From Saccostrea echinata (taxonomy: Eukaryota): DNA of 64,000 nucleotides. The translations under genes and the position numbers were made by a program. Every line of letters begins with the position of its first letter. The first letter of the stretch is position 1. The notes beneath the pieces are model-generated. The model saw only the letters and a list, made by a program, of their open reading frames with translations, searched no databases and had not been told where the DNA came from. The DNA is taken from NCBI RefSeq assembly GCF_033153115.1, contig NW_026889809.1, positions 2,666,001-2,730,000 of the forward strand, read 5' to 3'. Positions 1 to 14,604 of this stretch are shown piece after piece.

Positions 1-66
1 CTGACTATCTGTGAAATATCATTAAATGTATGTACATATAAACATTATAGTATTTCTCTGTGGTAG

Positions 67-3000
67 GGTCCTATCCTGGGAGGCACGTTTGGCACAGTGA
101 TGCAGAACAAAGCACTGAGAGAACTTGGGATAAAGAATGAACTGATAGGGCTTTTTATATGTCTCATCAGTGGTAAGTATGTAATTAACCTCCAGTTTCA
201 CAAGTCAGTGTAATTTGTATTTTGTGCAATACATATTAAATATTTTGCTTTGTAAACTTTAAAAAATTTAAAAAATCTCTCTCTCATATAATAAGAAATT
301 TACTTTAAAAAAACTTTAGAACTAATTTATTAATGATCTGCTGTTTTTGATCACCTGATTTTTCTCAGGTGAGCAGTGTGGCTTATGGGCCTATTGTCTA
401 GTTTTTAGTTAGGCTGATTTGTGGTTTATTTGAGGGTTTGTCTGATTTTTACAGGACTTTTGTTTGGAATCATTAGTGGGATAGTCAACATTGATGGAAC
501 TAAATGGGGAAGTTCTGACAGCTGGCCAACCAATGAAATGAAATCCAGGTACATTGTATGTATGGGATAAAGAAGCAGGGTAGTTTTTATAATAGTTGGT
601 TCTTACCATCACACATGCTGATGGAATGATATTGTAAACCTTCTTTTTTTCTCATGACTTTGTGTTATTTTCCATTTGTATATTTGTTATTTGAATAAAT
701 AAGCAGGATTTTCTACGGTGATTCCACCTAAAGAATAAATAGTAAAACTGCTTATATATGCTAAATGTTATTTTGTTTCATTAAAATTCAGAGATGTTAA
801 TATAATAAAAGAAAAAAAAATTCTAAGTTATGAAGACAATAAGTCTAATTATACCCCCGCTCCGAAGGAGAGGGGGGTATACTGTTTTACCCTTGTGTGT
901 CAGTCTGTCTGTCTGTCCGTCTGTCTGTCCGTCCGTCTGTGTGTCTGTCTGTCCGTAACAAATTTTGGTCGCAGTTTTCTCAGCAACTACTCATCGCAGA
1001 TGCTTGAAATTTTAGCACAATCTTTGTTTAGGAATGCCATATGATGGGATTCATTTTTGTACTAATCCGATGTCAACTTCCTGTTTATCCGTGTGTCTGT
1101 CTGTATCACACATAACAAACTTTGGTCGCAGTTTTCTCAGTAACTGCTCATCACAGGTGCTTGAAATTTTAACACACTCTTTGTTTAGGCATGCCATATG
1201 GTGGGATTCATTTTTGTACGGATCCGATGTCAACTTCCTGTTTATCCGTGCATCTGTCCATACCATACATAACAAATTTTGGTCTTAGTTTTCTCAGCAA
1301 CTACTCATCGCAGATGCTTGAAATTTTAGCACAATCTTTGTTTAGGCATGCTATATGTTGGGATTCAGTTTTTACAAATCAGATGTCAATTTCCTGATTA
1401 TCACTGTGTTTGTCCGTAACCAAACTTGTGTATTCACATCAGAGCGGGGGTATTATTAGTGAGCATTGACTCACAGACTTCTTGTTGTACATATATTCCC
1501 TCAGTATCACCAGGTCTCTGTCACACATGCAGGCTGAACAAAACTACTGTGTATGAATATAAACATGATAAAAGTAGGAAGTGATAAATATGAAATTCTT
1601 CATTGTAGAGGTGTGTTAAGAAGCTTGTGGGTTGGTGTTTGTATTGCTATACCCTCTGGAGCGGGTGTGGCCTTATCTGTCCTGGGAGGGAACGCTGGGT
1701 CACTGGTGGGCGTGGCTATTTCTGCCTCACTCCTCCCCCCAGCTGTCAACGCAGTGAGTATGACAGAAGGAGAATGTCCTGTGTAAATCCAAATACCCCA
1801 ACTTCTCTAGAGCTCTCTGTACTGAAACAGAAACAGATGCTTTGTAATGTTACTTACGTATTAATTGTAAAAACATTTTTAAAAAATTAAATTAGGTTAA
1901 CCTATACAAGTAACTAGAAATATCAAAAATAGTACATGATTATACATCACCTCACTTTTAAATACATTATTTAAATATTCATAATTTTATATTCTATAAA
2001 TATATATAATATGTGTATATATAATCTTGCAATATACTATCAAATTTACAGGGCATGTTATGGGCATATTCAATTATTTCTGCCATCCGACCTCCAGACT
2101 TTGATGTGACCTACAGAAATGTGACAGTGAATAATACCTCCTTTCTGGAGGAAGTTTTCACCCCCACTGACACCCTGGGATGTAAGCCATTCCTCAACAA
2201 CAAGTACTCCCCTGCCCACAGCTGTGATATGTCTGTAGAGGCTGCGTATCTGGGGTTCATTAGCCTCATGCTCACCAATCTCAACATCCTGTGTATCTTT
2301 ATCATGGGAATAGCCTTCCTCAAGGTAACTTTTCACAGAAATAGCCTCAGCTTCCTTAAAATACCCTCCTCACCTGTTCTTGTAATTCACCTTTCCTCTA
2401 TGGAAATACTCTTAAAATTTGGTTCACCTTTCCAGAGTAAACTTAGATTTTGCCTTAAGCTTATTTCAGAGAATTACATCAAAAGTTTTGACAATCCATT
2501 GTTTTAAAGCAAGTTGAGACATCCACTGAAATTATTGAAATAATAATTAATAAATGCAACTGTAAAAAAAATTAATATAAAAATAAATATTGATGCTTTA
2601 TTAAATAAATTTCTCAATTTTATAAAGATAAAACAAGTAGCTCCCCAGCACACCACAACAGACTCCACGCGAGATTTCTGGAGTCAAGACATCCACGTGG
2701 TGAAGGAGTCATATTCTACATCTAAAGGCCCACAGAGCATGCAGCTGGCCGCTCAAGCTCGTAAACTCCTGGAGGAGTGGAGGGTCAGTATTTAAATTCT
2801 ATTACAGTATATCTGGCTATAAATTACTATAGATGTAGTATGTTACTGAGCTTTAATTTAATTAAAAATATTAATGTAAGTGTAAATGTAAGTGTTGCAA
2901 AACATTTGTATGCATGTAGTTGACAATAAGGCATAAGAGATATATTTACTTTCAATGCAATTTAAAAAACAAATGAGAAAAGTGCATGATTGTCAAATTT

Positions 3001-6000
3001 CTATTACTGGTATTGTGACTGACTAGACCAGTATATCTACATTGTAACTTGCTTGATGTGTACAGTATTGTTACTCGACTGGTATATCTACAGTGTAACT
3101 TGCTTGATGTGTACAGTATTGTTACTCGACTGGTATATCTACAGTGTAACTTGCTTGATGTGTACAGTATTGTTACTCGACTGGTATATCTACAGTGTAA
3201 CTTGCTTGATGTGTACAGTATTGTTACTAGACTTGTATATCTACAGTGTCACTTGTTTGATGTGTAAAGAATTGTTACTAAAATGGTATATCTACAATGT
3301 AACTTGCTTGATTTGTACAGTATTATTTCTAGACTTGAATCAATCTCCTATGCAGAGTTGTTGTTCGTTCTTCTCTCAGACACCTCTGCAATGGGCTCGC
3401 GTCAAGATTTTTGACATAACGTAAAAAACCTAATATTTCAAGGATTATTTCAAATTAAACTAATATCATCATCATCATTTATTTGGTATCATATATCATC
3501 ATACATAAAACAAATACACATAAATATACATAATCATTTGAAAGACAATATTTGGGAATCCATAAATTTTAAATAGATTTATAAATAAATATTCAGGAAA
3601 CCATATTTTAGATAGTGACTAGTTGATACCAGGATAACCCATTAAAGTTGGAGAGCTTATTTCCAATGGGGTCCTACCCTTAATAAGATAAAAATACAAT
3701 GTTTCATCATTAAAGCACTATAACAATTTTTGGCACTATAATCTTATCACTGCGTTGCTTACATGTTAAATTTAATTTAAGTATGACAACATATAGGATC
3801 AATAAAATAATAAAATATGTTTTATAAGTTAATGCTGAAACATATCACTTTCATGTTCTAAAATGCCATTTTGTAAGATAAAACTCTTAACTTGTTTCTT
3901 AAAAGTAATCTTTCCTTTAGTACATTTAATAGAAGCTGGTAAAAAATTCCAGTCCTTAATGCCATTATAGTAAAAAGTATCCGCTTGACATGCTTTCACA
4001 TGAGGAATAAAAAAATCTTCATTAGTGGATGCTCTAGTGTTTCGTGAAGACACAGCTGACCTTAAAGTAAAATTTTCGCTTAGATAGGATGGCGCACAAC
4101 CATGATATATGTTATACACATGGTTTAATCTGAGTTGTCTTACCCGGTCTTCTATATTTAAATAATTTAATGTACTAAGCACTTTGTAGTTTATGGAATG
4201 TAAAGGAGTTAAATTCAGAATAAATCTTACCATTTTGTTTTGGCATACTTGTAATTTCTTTTTCAAACTCTTTGACAAACCTGCATACCATGCACAACAA
4301 GCATAATCTAAATGACATTGTATAAGAGCAGAACATAATAACATTTTACTTCTTATATCCAAAAAACGAGCTTGTCTGTATAAAAAACGCAACCTGTTGT
4401 TGACTTTTTGTACAATGGACTCAACAATAAATTCACCACTCAAAAATTGATCAACAAAAACTCCTAAATATTCAACTTTTTCTATAGAATGTATTGTATG
4501 TCCATTACACTCAATGTGAAAATCTTGGACACTTGAAAGCTTCTTTCTTGATCCATATAAAATACATTCAGTCTTCCCAAGGTGTAGAGATAACTTATTA
4601 TCTACTAGCCAATTTGAACATTGTTTTAAAACAATACTAATAGTTTTAGATCTATTTAGTAAATATCTATCCCTAAGGACTATCATTAGATCAGACATTT
4701 AATTATAATGAATTAAAAGAAATGCACTATTTCTCGTGCTTATCACTGTGATATATGCGAGCCAACGACAGAGGTGAATGTATGAGCCGATGGTAGAGAG
4801 TGGACTTGTATATCTACAGTGTAACTTGTTTGATGTGTAAAGTATTGTTACTAGACTTGTATATCTACAGTGTAACTTTCTTGATGTGTACAGTATTGTT
4901 ACTAGACCAGTATATCTACAGTGTAACTTGTTTGAAGTGTACAGTATTACTACTAGACCAGTATATCTACAGTGTAACTTGTTTGATGTGTACAATGTCA
5001 TTGTCTGCTTACAGAAGAAGACAGGAGACTCTGCGGAGAACACTCTGAGGCTTAAGGATATTATAGAGGTCAGTAGATATCCTTTCTAATATTTTAGGCA
5101 TTGGGTTCCATCTTAGAGATGCTTTTGTATTATGTTAAGTTGTTACTGTGGAGATTGTTGAAAAATGGCTGAAGTACTGCTGTCTCTGCGTAAAGCCTCG
5201 AATCATCAATCAGTTAAACTGGCCAATTTCTTATTGTCTGTAAATATGCAAGATAAATAAGATTTTTAAAAAATAAATAACAAGTTGAAAAAAATTTACT
5301 TGAAAATAAAGTGCTTTACATATTTTCCTCAGATGAGTCTGATTTGGAATAGCTACAATCCAGTCATAGATTTTTGATGTGTTTCATCTTATTTACATGT
5401 AACATGTATATAAAGATGTTGGCAGATTAGAAACTAATTATATATCGTTATTTGACAGGAAGTAGAAAACAGTCCAGAGTACAATAAATTCCTGCCAAGG
5501 ATTGGTGGAGGAAATCAGGTGAGGCTAATTACAGGGTGAACTGGTCTCATGACACAGACACATCATAGTCAATGAAATACTGAGAAATTGTACATATATA
5601 TAAAACTTGTAGATTATTTTTGTCAAAATATTGTGTTTATGGAAACTTCAAAAATTTCCTATGAATACTATGGATAAATAAGTGTATTTTGAAGTTTGAG
5701 ATTTTTGTTTCTTAATATCATTATGAATAGAATATGCACACCCACTGTAGAACCAATAAGTAATTTTTTTTAATTTTTTAATTTTTTTTGCATGAAATCT
5801 TTCGTAGGAGGGGACTTATCCTGATCTGGTATACACGTGTGGTTTTATTTTCTTTCATTATTATAGCTATTTCTTTGAAACGTGTGTGAATAATGATCAC
5901 TGAAGGCTTTGCCAATTATCCATTATTTCTTTGTTTCCCAAGCATGGTTTACTATCCTATAGCACTTTTGGGGGAAACTATGGAACTCATTTGATTTTTT

Positions 6001-8191
6001 GGGTTTGGAACCATGAAGGGGATTTCAATTAATTTACAAATCTAGCCAATTCTTTGTTAAATCTACAAAAACAAACCTTAAAAATATGAAACTTAAAATA
6101 ACTTTTTTTTTCATTTAATCTCAACTTTCAAATGACTTTGGGTTAATTTACAGAGTTAACCTGGGTTAATTTAAATTCATATTGTGTAAATTTCTTTGAA
6201 ATATTGGATATATATGCATGTAATCATTAAGCCTGTAAATGCTTTTAAAGTGAATAACTGCTTAAGTGTAGCTCCAACAGGCAAAATAACTGACAAAAAA
6301 AACTTACAAAGCATGTATTACCTGATGTTTCTTTCTTATTTTGAATGTTTGGTACACTTAAATGGGCAGGAATAAAATAATATTTGATTTTGATAGGTAT
6401 TTTATAATAAAAATTATTTACAAACTTTAAGGTGTACTTGACTGTAACACCAGTAAACAGAAGTAGAAATCAGGTAAATAACTCCGGAGGTAATTGTGTG
6501 TAAAACTGACACGCTTCCCCAAGGGTACGGCTTTCCTGGTTTTTTAATAATCACATATTTCACAACACTAGAAGTGTGCATTTTACTGATAAACTGTTCA
6601 GATTTGGAGTACAACAATTTATTGTGTTTAAATGAGTTAAGCAACATGTACGTTACCAGCTGGAGAAATTTTTTTTTGTTCAAATCATTTCCAAAAATTG
6701 AGGTGCCATTTTGGGTCACTTGAGTCACTCGGGTGACCTATTGCTATCTGTTTTCTGCTGTTGCTCAATGTATGTTGGTTGTAAACTTTTGATGGTGATA
6801 AATGGAAGTGTATTAGCACTGACAAGTACAGGCAGGTAAATAGATCTACTTTTTGATTTGTTACTGAGTACTAGGCCAACAATTTTGTTGATCCCAAATC
6901 ATTCTATTTCTATTGCTTTTGGACAACATATCTTCATCAATCAGTTATGTTTTATTTTGTTCTACAGTGTTGTTTTATACTCAGGTGACTGTTAAAGCCC
7001 TTGGGCCTCTTCATGATAATGTTTAGAAACACAATGGCTTTTATTTTTCTTTTAACTCAAGCTAAGTTAAGATTTTATACAAGATTTGTTTTTTTCACCT
7101 CTTGTAATGTAGTGAGTTTACTCACATTCACTCCAAGTTCGGAGTTATTTTGACTTTATTAATTTGAATTTTATCTAATCCTTGTCTTTTCAAAAAAATA
7201 TTACACTTGCATTGATCATATTGATCAGACTTTATGAAATAATATTTTGATTTATTATATGATTAAATAATTCCTAACTTTCCGATTGGCTGAGATCCAA
7301 CATTGTAGGAAAAATGCTACCTTATATTCACATGACCTTCCAGTTGAATATAAGAATTTATTTTTTTCTACTTTGGACTAAAATTAGATTGAGAACTTCT
7401 GAAATGATACAATTAATTATGAAAAGTTATTTCACCTGCACCAAATTTTCACTCAGGTGAACATAACATTCAGGGATGGGAGTTAAATATTGTACTCCTC
7501 AGGTGGCTAAATCACCATATGGACCCCAGAAACAGCTATGATTATATAATATCCTTTAAACTCAATGAATAAAGCCTCAATAATCGACATAATGTGCCTA
7601 TGTCAACATCAAAGATTTCAGATAGCATATCCCAAAGTATTTCCTTCAGTTTTATTTATCTAGTTTTCAAAAAAAAAATATTGCAGACATATATATTAAG
7701 CATTTACCAGTTTTAGAGACTTAATGACTGTGTTCTTTTTTCCCCCACAGTACTCCCGTTACTTAAAGAAAGACTTTGAAAATGCTTTGCACCAAGTTCA
7801 GGAGGGTATGGTTCCCGAGACAAGAGTAGTAGAGGAGAAAACCAGAGGTGGCTACAACGTCTATAAAACGTACCACGGACTCCACCCAGTGATGCGCCGA
7901 AGACATCGCCCTCAGGTGACCTTTAACCTTGAAGGGGAATCCCCAACAAAGCAGGACTCACGCCCCATGTCAGACGGAAGTCCCCAGAAAAGTTCCTCAA
8001 ACAAAAGGTTTTCTTTGAATATGAAACCTTCACCACTGACCCTGAACAGTAGTCTGTATTCTAGGAGGAAAAGTAAGGAAAACAGCTCCGGCACCCCCCT
8101 CAGCCGATTTAAAGTCAGTAAGGTGGATAAAGAAAAGGAGAATTCTCCGACGACAGACGTAAGGGATCCACTACTGGATTCAGAAGTATAG
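67..8191 (+). CDS. DUF389-domain multi-pass membrane protein, 5'-partial; exons 67-172, 455-548, 1609-1753, 2052-2324, 2628-2783, 5015-5068, 5459-5518, 7751-8191
   Basis: All exons have AG/GT boundaries and keep frame. Motifs GPILGGTFG, WPTNEMKSRG and IAIPSGAGVALS...SLVGVAISASLLPPAVNAG are typical of DUF389. Stop TAG at 8189-8191. Confidence 0.85.
345..398 (+). mobile_element. Minimal remnant of a Helentron-type (HINE) element, ends only
   Basis: TTTTGATCACCTGA..CTCAGGTGAGCAGTGTGGCTTATGGGCCTATTGT resembles the fused 5' and 3' termini of the element at 41174-42570. Confidence 0.45.
849..1484 (+). mobile_element. Pearl/CvA-like non-autonomous Helentron (HINE)
   Basis: Subterminal inverted repeat ATACCCCCGCTC / GAGCGGGGGTAT, 5' hairpin, (GTCT/GTCC)n microsatellite, three ~157-bp core repeats, 3' hairpin GTGAGCATTGACTCAC. 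Confidence 0.8.
3341..4802. mobile_element. Short TIR element with 9-bp TSD, hosting a LINE fragment
   Basis: TSD GACTTGAAT/GACTTGTAT; termini CAATCTC..GAGAGTG; subterminal inverted match 3381-3400 with 4757-4776. Confidence 0.6.
3465..4698 (-). mobile_element. 5'-truncated non-LTR retrotransposon (CR1/L2-like), RT C-terminal half in ORF 3829-4698
   Basis: WLVDNKLSLHLGKTE, EYLGVFVD and ALIQCHLDYAC motifs; 3' UTR ends in AATAAA(TGA)n on the minus strand; no YADD motif. Confidence 0.88.
6710..7012 (+). mobile_element. Internally deleted HINE of the 22712-24957 family
   Basis: 5' GGTCACTTGAGTCACTCGGGTGACCTATTGCTATC and 3' TACTCAGGTGACTGTTAAAGCCCTTGGGCCTCTT. Confidence 0.7.
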
Positions 8192-11123
8192 ATAGCGTAG
8201 TAGCTAGTCGTGGAATTTATATGGGATTGTTATTAGTTTATTTTATTTATTATCATGTTATTCATAGTTAAGAAAATATATATGTATTCCATTCCTATAG
8301 GATAGAATTGCAGCAGTATAAAAGTTAGTGTAGTACATTGTACACCTTTTGTATTATTTCCTGTAGTCAAGCTATATGTGTGTTCTTATCTGAACAGAAG
8401 TCATAAAATATTGGTAAATATAAGTGCAATGATTTGTATGCTGTACCTGCCTGGTAAATAGGACATTTATTTCAATGATGATTCTGGATATGTGAACCAA
8501 CAAACACCAGAAAGCCAATTCTGATGATAAGCGCACACATACAGCAGATGGAAGTAGAGGCTCGTCCCTTTGTTAATTAGTCTTTTTCTTATGATATTTA
8601 TGTAGATATTGAATTACCTATAGACTTATAGAAGCTCCCTCTGTAACCCGTGCTATTAGTGTATGTACTGTAGACCTGGAATTGCTGTCACATTAATAGG
8701 CATTGTTAAGTTTTATTACACCAAAAGTTATATTTTTAAATGATTAATGTATTTTATTATTGATAGAATCTACAAGGTTCTTTTTACATGTGTGTTATTA
8801 ATAGTTTCACTGAAAGTGATTGTAATTTGATTGAGTGTTGATTTTAGGGATTTCTGCTGTTGGAGTGTTAATGAAATCAATTTTAAATCTAAGTACGATC
8901 TCGTATAGTGAGATGTCAGTTTATGGCATTTAGTTTGCCGTTTCCAAAGATTTTTTTTACCCTTCATTACATGTAGCAAATTATAATAATTATTAATAAA
9001 TTTTGTTGAATGATATTTTATGCATAGTCTCAGGCTAACATTTTAATTTGAGGCCATTATTTTTTTTTATCTAATCGCCCTTATGAGTGGCATTTTTTTT
9101 ACTGGACTAGTTTTCAAATTCTTAATTCTCTTCCATGCTTACAATGAGAATTGAAAGTGCCTTTACTTTATCGATTAAAGCTTACAAAATAACGACAATC
9201 ATTGAACAGACCCACAAATCAGAAGATATGGCTGGCATTCTGCTTAAATTCATGTCTTGGTACCCTTTGTAGTGTAGATAGAGCTTTCTTTATGTATTTG
9301 GTATGTGCATTTATAGTAATTGTTTCTAGACACTGAAATAGGCCATTTATACTTTTGTAAAATTGGTACTTCGATCTTTTGAACTCTTGTTGAACTCTTG
9401 AATTTTTTATTGAAAAATTTTCCTCAGTATTGTTTCTGAATGTTATTGTTTTTAACACCTTATTGTGTATGATTTCCAGGTTTTTAAAAAAAAGTCCGTT
9501 ACTTGAGTTTATTTAAAACCCGGGCATAAAGTTAAATCAAATTAATAAAATCACAGCTGAAGTGATCTAATATTACCTATAAAAGAAACAAAAGATGATA
9601 ATGCAATGATGAATGATCCTATTTAAATTATAAATATCTCCACAGTATTCTAATTATCAACGATGATATTGTTCCTTGTATTAATTATTACAGATATACC
9701 TGAACATTCCGTAGGCGGGGGTACGTAACAATGACTGTGGTCTCTACACCTATATACCTCATTATGTTGACATCGTTCAGGGTTTGTCAATGTAAAATAT
9801 TTGTGATATTTTGATGTTCAGCAGATATGCATAGATTTATTTTCAACTGCTGAACAGAACACAACAATCTTATTTCAGTGTTTCTTTATACAGTTTTATT
9901 TGGTGTAAATTTTTGTCAGTACTTGTTGTTTGATATCTGACATAGTTAAAGATGTAATGTCGACTTTAAGTTTAAGTGATATATGTTTTATGTAGGAGAA
10001 AATTATGTACTGTCATTACTTCATTTGTAAAGGGTCATGTTGTTACTTGAATCATTATAATAGGCACTTTGTAGCACCAAGGATAGAGTTTATGTCTGTT
10101 CTCTGTAGTTTTTGAAGTAGATCCACTCCCAAGAAAAGATAAAGCTTATGTGGTAGGATCAGATCCCTGGATGAGATGAAAATGCAGAGTGTGGACATGT
10201 AATAGCATATGTATTTCACAGGAGGGGTCAAGGACATGCTTGACTTGATCTTTTTTTTTTTTATTTTTTATTTTTTTTTTCCCCAGGACAGTTTGAAAAA
10301 GAGTACTCAGAGAAGAATATGACAATTTTACTTTGTAAATGGGTAGACGTATGACACAAAGGTATCTTTCTGACTTTGTTTAAAAAACTTTTAAAAACAT
10401 CTCCAAGGTCAATGAACAATTCAAGGTTAAGGTTACTTGGCAACAAATATGAAATTCTGAAGTTAAGACATTGGATACTGAGTACAGTTTAATTTGATAG
10501 AGAAACAAAATATGACTGCACATATGCACTGTGCTTCGTTTTTCTTAATTTCATATTTGGGAGTGAATGTTTAGATTGCATAATGTAGTTCACACATTGT
10601 TACAAACAGATTACTCTGTTATGTGTTGTACTGACCTACAGATCGTCTTACTAATTAGTTTGTGATTTAAGCCAAATTATAATTTATTTATTAAGATAAC
10701 TTGTTTTATTATTATACAAATTTTAAAAAGTATTTGTTTTGATTGCATTAAAGTTTGCTAACAATGAATACCAAGTTGAATCTTTAATTTTTTACTTATC
10801 ACATTCACATGGTTTAGTCCAAAGAGTCAAGCATTAATGGGCAGAAGCAGAAATATCAGAAGAGATTTTTAAAACCTGAGTTTTTTTTTGAATGAAGTTC
10901 ACATTCTTGGTGACATCAAAATTTGAACTCTTAAAAATTGTTTGCTTTTACAGCACCTTAATCTGGATGGGACAGCTAATCTGTCAAAAGGTTTAAAAGG
11001 TGCACTTCATTTTAAATATAGTCAAGATTTCTGAGACCAGGACTGGTTTTAGTTTTTACAAAAAGCTTATCAGTTTCTGTTATAGTTGATAACTTAAGGC
11101 TAAATGTACTAATTCGTGCCTCA

Positions 11124-11171
<48 letters not shown>

Positions 11172-12255
11172 CTCTGTCATCCTTCCATCTAGCTGTCTGT
11201 CAGACCGTCTGTAAACTTTTTCACATTTTCAACTTCTTCTCAAGAACCACTGGGCCAATTTTAACCAAACTTGGTACAAAGCATTCTTGGGTGGAGGAAA
11301 GTTTAAATTCTTAAAATGGAGGGCGAAGCCCCCTTACAAGGGGAGATAATCAAGAAAAGACAAATATGGGTGGGGTCATTAAAAAATCTTCTCCTCAAGA
11401 ACTACTAGGCCAAAAAAGCTGAAACTTAATATGTGGAAGCATCCTTGGGTAGTGTAGATTCTAAATTGTTCAAATCATGACCCCCGGGAATAGGGCGGGT
11501 CCACAATAGGGAATCAAATATTTACATTGAAAATTATAGAAAAAATCTTTAAAAATCTTCTTCTCAAGAACCACTGTGCTAGAAATGCTGAAACTTATGT
11601 GGAAGCATCCTAGGGTAGTGAAAATTGTAAATTGTTAAAGTCATGACCCCCAGGGGTAGGGCGGGGCCACAATAGGGAATCAAATTTTTACATTGAAAAT
11701 TATAGAAATGATCTTTCCAAAAAATCCTTTTTTCTCCTTTCTTCCTCCTCAAAAACCACTGGGCCAAAATGGCAAAAACTTATGTGGAAGCAACCTTGGG
11801 TAGTGTAGATTCTAAATTGTTCAAATCATGACCTGCGGGAGTAGGGCGAGGCCACACTAGGGAATCCAATTTTTACATTGAAATATATAGGAAAAATTCT
11901 TTAAAAATCTTCTCCCCTAGAAACCACTGGATCAGAATAGCTGAAACATGTGGAAGCATCCTAGGGTAGTGTAGATTCTAAATAATAACCACCAGTGTAA
12001 GGTGTGGCCACAATAGGGAATCAAATGTTTACAATGAAATATATTGGGAAAATCTTTAAAATTCTTCTTAAGAACCACTGGGCCAGAAATGTTGAAACTT
12101 ATGTGGAGCATCTTGGGATGGTGTAAAATCTAAAATGTTCAAATCATGACTCCTGGGGGTAGGGCCACAATAGATATTATTACAAGGGAAAATCTGGTGA
12201 AGAACAGCAGGGCCAAAGTAACTTATGTGAGCGTTGTGGCCCATGGGCCTCTCGT
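11124..12255 (+). mobile_element. HINE with ~166-bp Cg170/HindIII-like satellite core repeats
   Basis: 5' TTTTAGCTCACCTGAGCTGAAAGCTCAAGTGAGC; about 5-6 core units; 3' GTGAGCGTTGTGGCCCATGGGCCTC hairpin. Confidence 0.85.
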
Positions 12256-12580
12256 TTTTTAAATTGGTCAAATGTATATACAGTAGAAATCCACCACAGC
12301 TCATTACTGACAAGAATGCTTGTAAGTTAACAGAGAGTAAATAATTCTTGTTCTAGAAGAAAGTGCGCTACACAGAGGTATAGTTCCCCTTGAAGTGCCA
12401 AGCTGCATATTATGTACTATTTGCATTCTTTTTGTTTTCTGTATGAAGAAAAGAATACATTGTATACATTAAAAGTAGATAATTGAAGGGAAATACACAA
12501 GCCTCTATACTATTAATTAGAAGTCATAAAAGTGTGGCACCGGGTGGATTTAAATGTAATGGTTTAGGCCATGGATATCG

Positions 12581-12771
12581 GTCTGGGTAGCTCAGTGTTA
12601 GAGCTCCTGACTAGTGATGCAGGGGTCATGGGTTCAATTTCCGGTCCAGTCATATTCTCCATGCTACATAATTTGTTGCCGTTGACCACTCCTTGACTTG
12701 CAGGTGAAAGCCCTGCATGGGGAATAAGATCATGGGTTGTGTCTTCGAGGGTGAAGACAGTTTATTTATTT
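12581..12771 (+). mobile_element. tRNA-derived SINE
   Basis: A-box GTAGCTCAGTGTTAGAGC and B-box GGTTCAATTTCC, then a non-tRNA body and (TTTA)n tail. Confidence 0.65.
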
Positions 12772-13274
12772 ACGTCTTTGTTGTGTTTTCTTAAACCAAT
12801 AACTTACCCGTAGCAGTCCAATAAGTTATAATTTATCAGATTTTTTTAACTTATTGGATGGTTACAGGTAACTTATTGGACTGTCTTGCATGGGCCTTTC
12901 AAGAAAAAGAAAGTATTGAAAGAACAAAAGATGATGTTATACTTACGTTTTAAATGACTTGTATTTACTTTCGCAAACGTTTTCCCTTACATAACACTAT
13001 TTGAACAAGGCGTTTTTATACCTGTGTAAAACAAGTTTGTCATATGACCATAAATTAATCATTTAGTCATAAACGATCTACGTAATTTCATAGTGACGTC
13101 ATAAGTGATTGACGTGTTCAACACATTCAATTTATACCACTGAGTTTTAAAAAAAACAGATCAATTATGGGTTTAAAACTTTAGTACCTTACTATTTGTA
13201 ATAAATCAGTCACAAATGTAAATATAAGTAATAAGGTATCATTTTAAAAGTTTTATCGGGATGAATACTAATTA

Positions 13275-13450
13275 CAGTTGAACTTCGATATCTCAAACAC
13301 TAATATCTCCAATACCATGGATATGTTGAAGTGATTTGATAAAGTCCAACCCCTTATTATTTAAGTATTTTACCCCTGATATCTCGAATCCTCGGATATC
13401 TCGAAGTTTTTCCTCGGTCCCATTGAGTTTGAGATAACAAGGTTTGACTG
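13275..13450. mobile_element. Tc1/mariner-type MITE
   Basis: TA|CAGTTGAACTTCGATATCTCAAAC ... GTTTGAGATAACAAGGTTTGACTG|TA. Confidence 0.8.
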
Positions 13451-14604
13451 TATATGTACCAGTACTGAATAATTAACAACTTCTTTAGGTATTGATTATA
13501 ATGAAATTATATTGCATCAATTTGATTCACTAGTATTTGTTCCCTGATTGACTGACACTGATCAACTTTGAAAAAATCGTTTTTTGTCCATTGAATTTTA
13601 TTGTGTATGCAATGGAATAAAGCATGATTGACATCAATATACAATGTATTTATCCAATTACAGTAATAGATTGATGGGCAGAAAAAGACATTTCATGAAT
13701 CTATGAAAAAAAGAATTACAGAACATATTACAACCTGCACCAGGCAAAAATTTCAATTTAAAGAAGACATATAATTACATAATTCTCTTGTGGCAACATA
13801 TTTATCTTCAATATATATAGAAGCTACAGTCTAAAAACTGTACAGTAACTACAACCAAAACTTTGCAATGCAAACATGAAATTTTATTTTGTGGGACAGT
13901 TTTGATAGGTCAAATAATATATGTGTTTAGGGATGTCTTTCATTGCTTTGACTATGTATTTCCCATTATCCATGAAAATTATTATATTTTGCCTATCATT
14001 GCATGATTTTTGGATTCTATAAATGAGAAAAAGCATTTGAATCTTTCTTATCTTATGAATAAGATTCTCAATATTACATTTACATAACATTCCTTTTTAA
14101 TCCATATGATCTACATTGTAATTAAAATCATACGTTTGCTCAATCATCATGCATTATTATGAAGAAAAGGGGCATTCATATTCTTGTGTTTCCTAGAAAC
14201 ACACCAAGGCAGTGAAAGAAACAAAAACTTACAAGAAAGGTAATATGTAATTTGATAACTCTAAAATACATGTATCTAAATAGTTAACATATAGGGTATA
14301 TTTTCTGATATTTACTTTTTTAAATAAAACTTTTTCCTGTTTTTGTTCTTGGGTTCTTGTTAAATCTTGTGCTGTTTAATATTCAGATAAGAAATAGAGA
14401 AACTGGTGTTGATTATATTTATCAAAATATCAAAAACTAGAGGATAATTTTTCATTTTCTGACAACAGAGTAATGTTCCTTGACAGAAAAACAGTTTATC
14501 CTCATCTCATCAAATGAAGAGCAGACTCAAGATTCAGAAAGCTCCAGATGTCACCTGAAAAAAAAAAATACGGATAAAAAAAAGTAATCATGAACTAAAG
14601 AATA

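Larger units (their letters stand above)
3020..4995. repeat. 51-bp minisatellite (about 6 + 4 units) split by an insertion at 3341-4802
   Basis: Unit GTATATCTACAGTGTAACTTGCTTGATGTGTACAGTATTGTTACTAGACTT at 3020-3340, resuming in register at 4803-4995. Confidence 0.9.

Noticed and set aside
12581-12652. Functional tRNA gene
   Set aside because: Stems are imperfect and the sequence continues into a SINE-like body and tail.
12797-12879. Imperfect hairpins here and at about 37636-37717 as miRNA precursors
   Set aside because: No recognisable mature miRNA; more likely decayed MITEs.
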